Shown: piece after piece, positions 60,540-64,000 of the stretch | Numbering within the stretch: position 1 is the first letter of the stretch | Layout: every line of letters starts with the position of its first letter | From: Camelus dromedarius | Taxonomy: Eukaryota | Direction of reading: 5' to 3' | DNA length: 64,000 nucleotides | Assembly: GCF_036321535.1 (NCBI RefSeq) | Contig: NC_087447.1 | Span: 47,370,001 to 47,434,000, forward strand | Program-made: the position numbers and the translations under genes | The notes under the pieces: generated by a model | Seen by the model: the letters and a program-made list of their open reading frames with translations, nothing else | The model's database searches: none | Told to the model about the DNA's origin: nothing

Positions 60540-61180
60540 GAGCTCCAGATATCCAGTACAGGCTGCCTCCTGAACACATCCTCTGGGAACATCCCATAGG
60601 CCCCTCACACTCAAATATTCAACACCCAATACATCTTTTGTTTCTACCAAAGCATCAGCAAACGTCTACTCTCCGTCTGAAAACTTAAAAGTTGCTTTGT
60701 TTCTTCCCTTTCACTTCCTGTGTCAAATTTGTCACGAAAGCCTGTCAATTCTCCCTCTATAATTCCTCAGATCTATCCACTCCCTCCTTGCCCTGAGCCC
60801 CAGCTTATTCCTCCTCCCTTGATCATTCTCCAGTCCCCACCCCAACTCAACTCCTCAATTCCCCCTCTACCCAGCACCTAGCACTGACTTCCTGAGACAT
60901 CTAGCTGGTCATGTAACTCCTCTTTACGATCTTTGCATGGCTCCCCCGTGCCACTGGGATAAAGGCCAAACTTCTCAGCCTGGTGTTTGAGGTCTCTCAT
61001 GATTGACCCTGACTGACCTCTCCATTCTCTGCTCGAGGTGGAGCAAGATCTAGCCCCTAAGCACATGCCAGTCCTTTCCTCCTCCTTGATTTGGTATAGC
61101 CTGTTTCCTTTCCTAGGCTAACTTCCCTCTCTTCCTTTTCTCTGCCCATCCCAAATCCTGGCCCAGCTTTCCTGGGCCAG
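60540..61180 (+). mobile_element. L2 LINE remnant
   Basis: CCTGTCAATTCTCCCTC...CATGGCTCCCC...GGATAAAGGCCAAACTTCTCAGCCTGG; approximate. Confidence 0.6.
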
Positions 61181-63389
61181 TTCAGCCCACACCTGCCCCG
61201 ACCCACAGGAGACAGTGTAGGCAGGAGGGGTTACTGGATTCTGGGTGGAGCAGGCCTGTCTGTCTCTCCACTCCCTGACTTGCCATCTGTCCCACCACCT
61301 CACTCCCTGCTCAAGTTTATCTCCTTTCTCCTACTGAATCACACCTTCCTCAAGTACACACCAAAGTCCTATTCACCTCAGCCCTAGGCCTTAGCCTTTG
61401 GGCAGCCTCACCAGGTACAAGTAAGAAATGTCAATGGAGGAAAGTAGGAAGAAGACACAGTTGAGTGTGGAAATGAGATGGTGCACTTCAGAGCTCAGTC
61501 CAGGGTCACTTTGGAGCAGCCCTCAACAAGAGGCTGCAAGAGGATGCTGGGACACAGGTGGTGCGGGGCGGGGGGGGGGGGTCTCACTGACCTGCTCTAT
61601 GGGAATTCACCTCCCCTCCAGGGGAAGACTGAGGCTGTGGAGTGTGAAACAGTCCTCAGCTCTCCAGGGGAAGGCCAGTAATTGGCAGAACATGGATTTC
61701 ATGGAGGGTTGGCCTGAAAACCCCTAGGTGATTCCCTCTGGCTGGGGGCCAGGATGTCCACATCTGGGTCTTGGCAACAAGAGCCCAGGAGGCGGGTGGC
61801 AGGTACGTGTGAGGGAACCATCTCACAGTGCTTCTCCACCTCCTCCTCGACCAGAAGCTGCTACCTATGGCTCTAAGGACAAAGGCTAGAAACCATGTCC
61901 CTGGCAAGGGCCTGGCATAGTTTCCTGCACTTCCACACCAAACACAGACCCCTATCACACCATAGGTGACAAAGCCTTTGCTGACAAAGGAACAAAAAGC
62001 CACCACAGCCTCCAGAATGGCTTCTTCACCATCTCAGGAAGTTGCCTTTGGGGATGCAGAATGGAGGGCTGAGGCATTGTGGGCCTGCCTCAGGCTCCAG
62101 GATCAGTCAGAGCTGCCCCCTGGGGTAAGGGGTGATCTCAGGTCGGGGCAGTGAGCTCCCCATTCCTGCTGGGCAGGGGGATGAAGGGGTGGAACAGATG
62201 GCAAGTTCAGGGAGAGGAGAGGCAGCCCCTCAGCTCAGAATCCTACCTTTCTGCCTATACTGCCCCATGGATTGGCAGGGAGGGTAGTGCTTAACTGGCC
62301 CAGGGAAGATGGGCAGATTTAGGGTGGGCAGAGAGCAGGAAGAGGGAATTCAGCTCAGGATGGGGCTGGGCCAGACACTTGGAAGTGCCTTCTGCCTGAG
62401 GTTGAGGTCATCTCCAGGGATATGAATCAGGTAGCACAAGATGCTAGAGTCAGTAGAGTCCTCCCTCGCTGTACAGATGGGGAAACAGGTGAGAGAAGGC
62501 AGAAACACACCCAGGTCACACAGTGAGTAGAGGGCAGGGCTTGGCCTAGGACCAAGGACTCCTGGTCACTGCCCCACTGGACTACCTCCTCCTCTTTGTA
62601 ATCTTCCACCTCCCCTCTTCCTCCTCACATCCTCCAGCTGAACAGAGGGCTGGGAAGGAAGTCTGTGGCTACAGCCTACAACCCTGGGAAGGGATGCCAG
62701 GCTGAACGTGTAATTTCAGCAGGGATAGGTCAGAACAGAAGTAACCCTGTGGCTTCATACTCTGGGAAAGGTTTTACTCTCCGTAGGGCCCTGGCCCAGA
62801 TCCCTCACCTCCACTACCCTCCAATCCAATACATCAGGATCCTCCTTGCCAGGAGGCCCTGAGCCACCCACTCAGCCCTAATCTACCTCTTCCCCCTCAA
62901 CTCCCTGTACCTGAGGGAGGGGGGCCAGGAGGGGGTGTGACTCAGTGGGATAAAGGCAGCTGCTATATTTGAATGATTACATAAACCAGGAGGGAAGCAG
63001 CTACAACGTGACTCAATCAAGGTCGGGAGGAGAGAAGTTGAATCTGGGCCCAGGAGGCAGGGTCTCCTTCCATCCTGAGGCTCCAGCCTGCATTTAGACA
63101 TGACCCTAACAGGACCTGGGGATTGCGAGCTAGTTTCTGCATCACAGGACTACAGGGGAGATTTTCGCTAGGGCTAACCATGCTAGGAGGGCTCTGTTCC
63201 CTCTCCATTGCCTTAGAAAAATGGCTTCTAGAAACCCTAAGGCCAGACCTAGACTAAGCCCCAGATCTTCCCCATGAACTCTCTCCAGAAGGAAAGACAC
63301 AACTGAAAACACAGTTTGTCACTGATTTAGAAAAGAACGCCTGCTGGGGAGGGCACTGGCTGTGAAGCCTTGGCTCACCTGCACCAGCT

Positions 63390-63600
63390 TGGGAGGACCT
63401 GTGTTCCTGTCCCAGCTTCACCACTTACTAGTCTCCTGACATTGGCAAGTCTATGCCTCAGTTTCTTCATCGATAAGAAGAGAACAAAAAGCATCTTTTT
63501 CATAGGGATTGTTACGATTAAATGAAATGACACATGCAAAGCCTTAGCCCAGTAGGTGGCAGATGCTTCATAATGGCTTATCAGCATAAACTGTTACTGC
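63390..63600 (+). mobile_element. MIR SINE
   Basis: CCCAGCTTCACCACTTACTAG...GCCTCAGTTTCTTCATC...CATAGGGATTGTTACGATTAAATGA. Confidence 0.8.
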
Positions 63601-64000
63601 CAACACTAAGGACTGGCTAGAGTCCTCCCAGGTGGCTGGATTCCAGGTAGGACTGATCCCTCCCCCTCAGTGATCGCTAACCTGGGTGGAAGGTGGGAGA
63701 CCAGAAAAAAGAATGGAGGTCTGCGAGTTAGGAGTTTGAACAGACGTGCTGTGTGCCCCTGGGCAAACCCCTGCCCTCTCTGGCCCTCAGTCTATAAATG
63801 AGCCCTCCGGGTCCCCAGCTCTCAAGTTCATGTTTGAGAAAAGATTTTCCCTGCACTGGGATTAGTGACTTGTGGCACTGGAAGCTGTGGCACAAATAAG
63901 GCTGCTCAGGATTGGGGTAGTGGTGGTACAAGCTGGAGGCGGGTGTGGCAGCAAGCACTGGGCACCAACCAGCACAAGGCCCACCTCCTCTGGGCCTCTT

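Noticed and set aside
1..64000. CRISPR arrays, operons or other prokaryotic systems
   Set aside because: Sequence is clearly mammalian (spliced gene, LINEs/SINEs, miRNA); no repeat-spacer periodicity seen.

Overview
Mammalian genomic DNA, most likely camelid (two copies of the tRNA-Ala-derived Vic-1-type SINE). The window holds the 5' end of the cGMP-stimulated phosphodiesterase gene PDE2A on the minus strand. Visible parts are the PDE2A3 first coding exon (57257-57327), the shared 73-nt exon 2 in a CpG island (31158-31230), the PDE2A2 start that runs straight into exon 2 (ATG 31280), the PDE2A1 start inside exon 2 in a shifted frame (ATG 31176), the 62-nt PDE2A1 cassette exon (20227-20288) and the intronic microRNA mir-139 (5500-5567). 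The downstream exons (DALLSLG... onward) were not found and should lie left of position 1. The rest is intron or upstream sequence with old L1, L2, L3/CR1, MIR, MER and LTR remnants and simple repeats; almost all ORFs in the supplied track are noise. The most interesting structure is a reading-frame switch at the N-terminus. Exon 2 is open in two frames, a non-3n cassette exon decides which frame is productive, a Kozak-perfect candidate exon (32090-32173) would extend the PDE2A1 frame, an overlapping uORF straddles the PDE2A3 start, and a MIR-derived alternative first exon is broken by two stop codons. Gene, isoform and repeat-family identities come from recalled sequences, not from database searches. 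I found no wholly new biological system.
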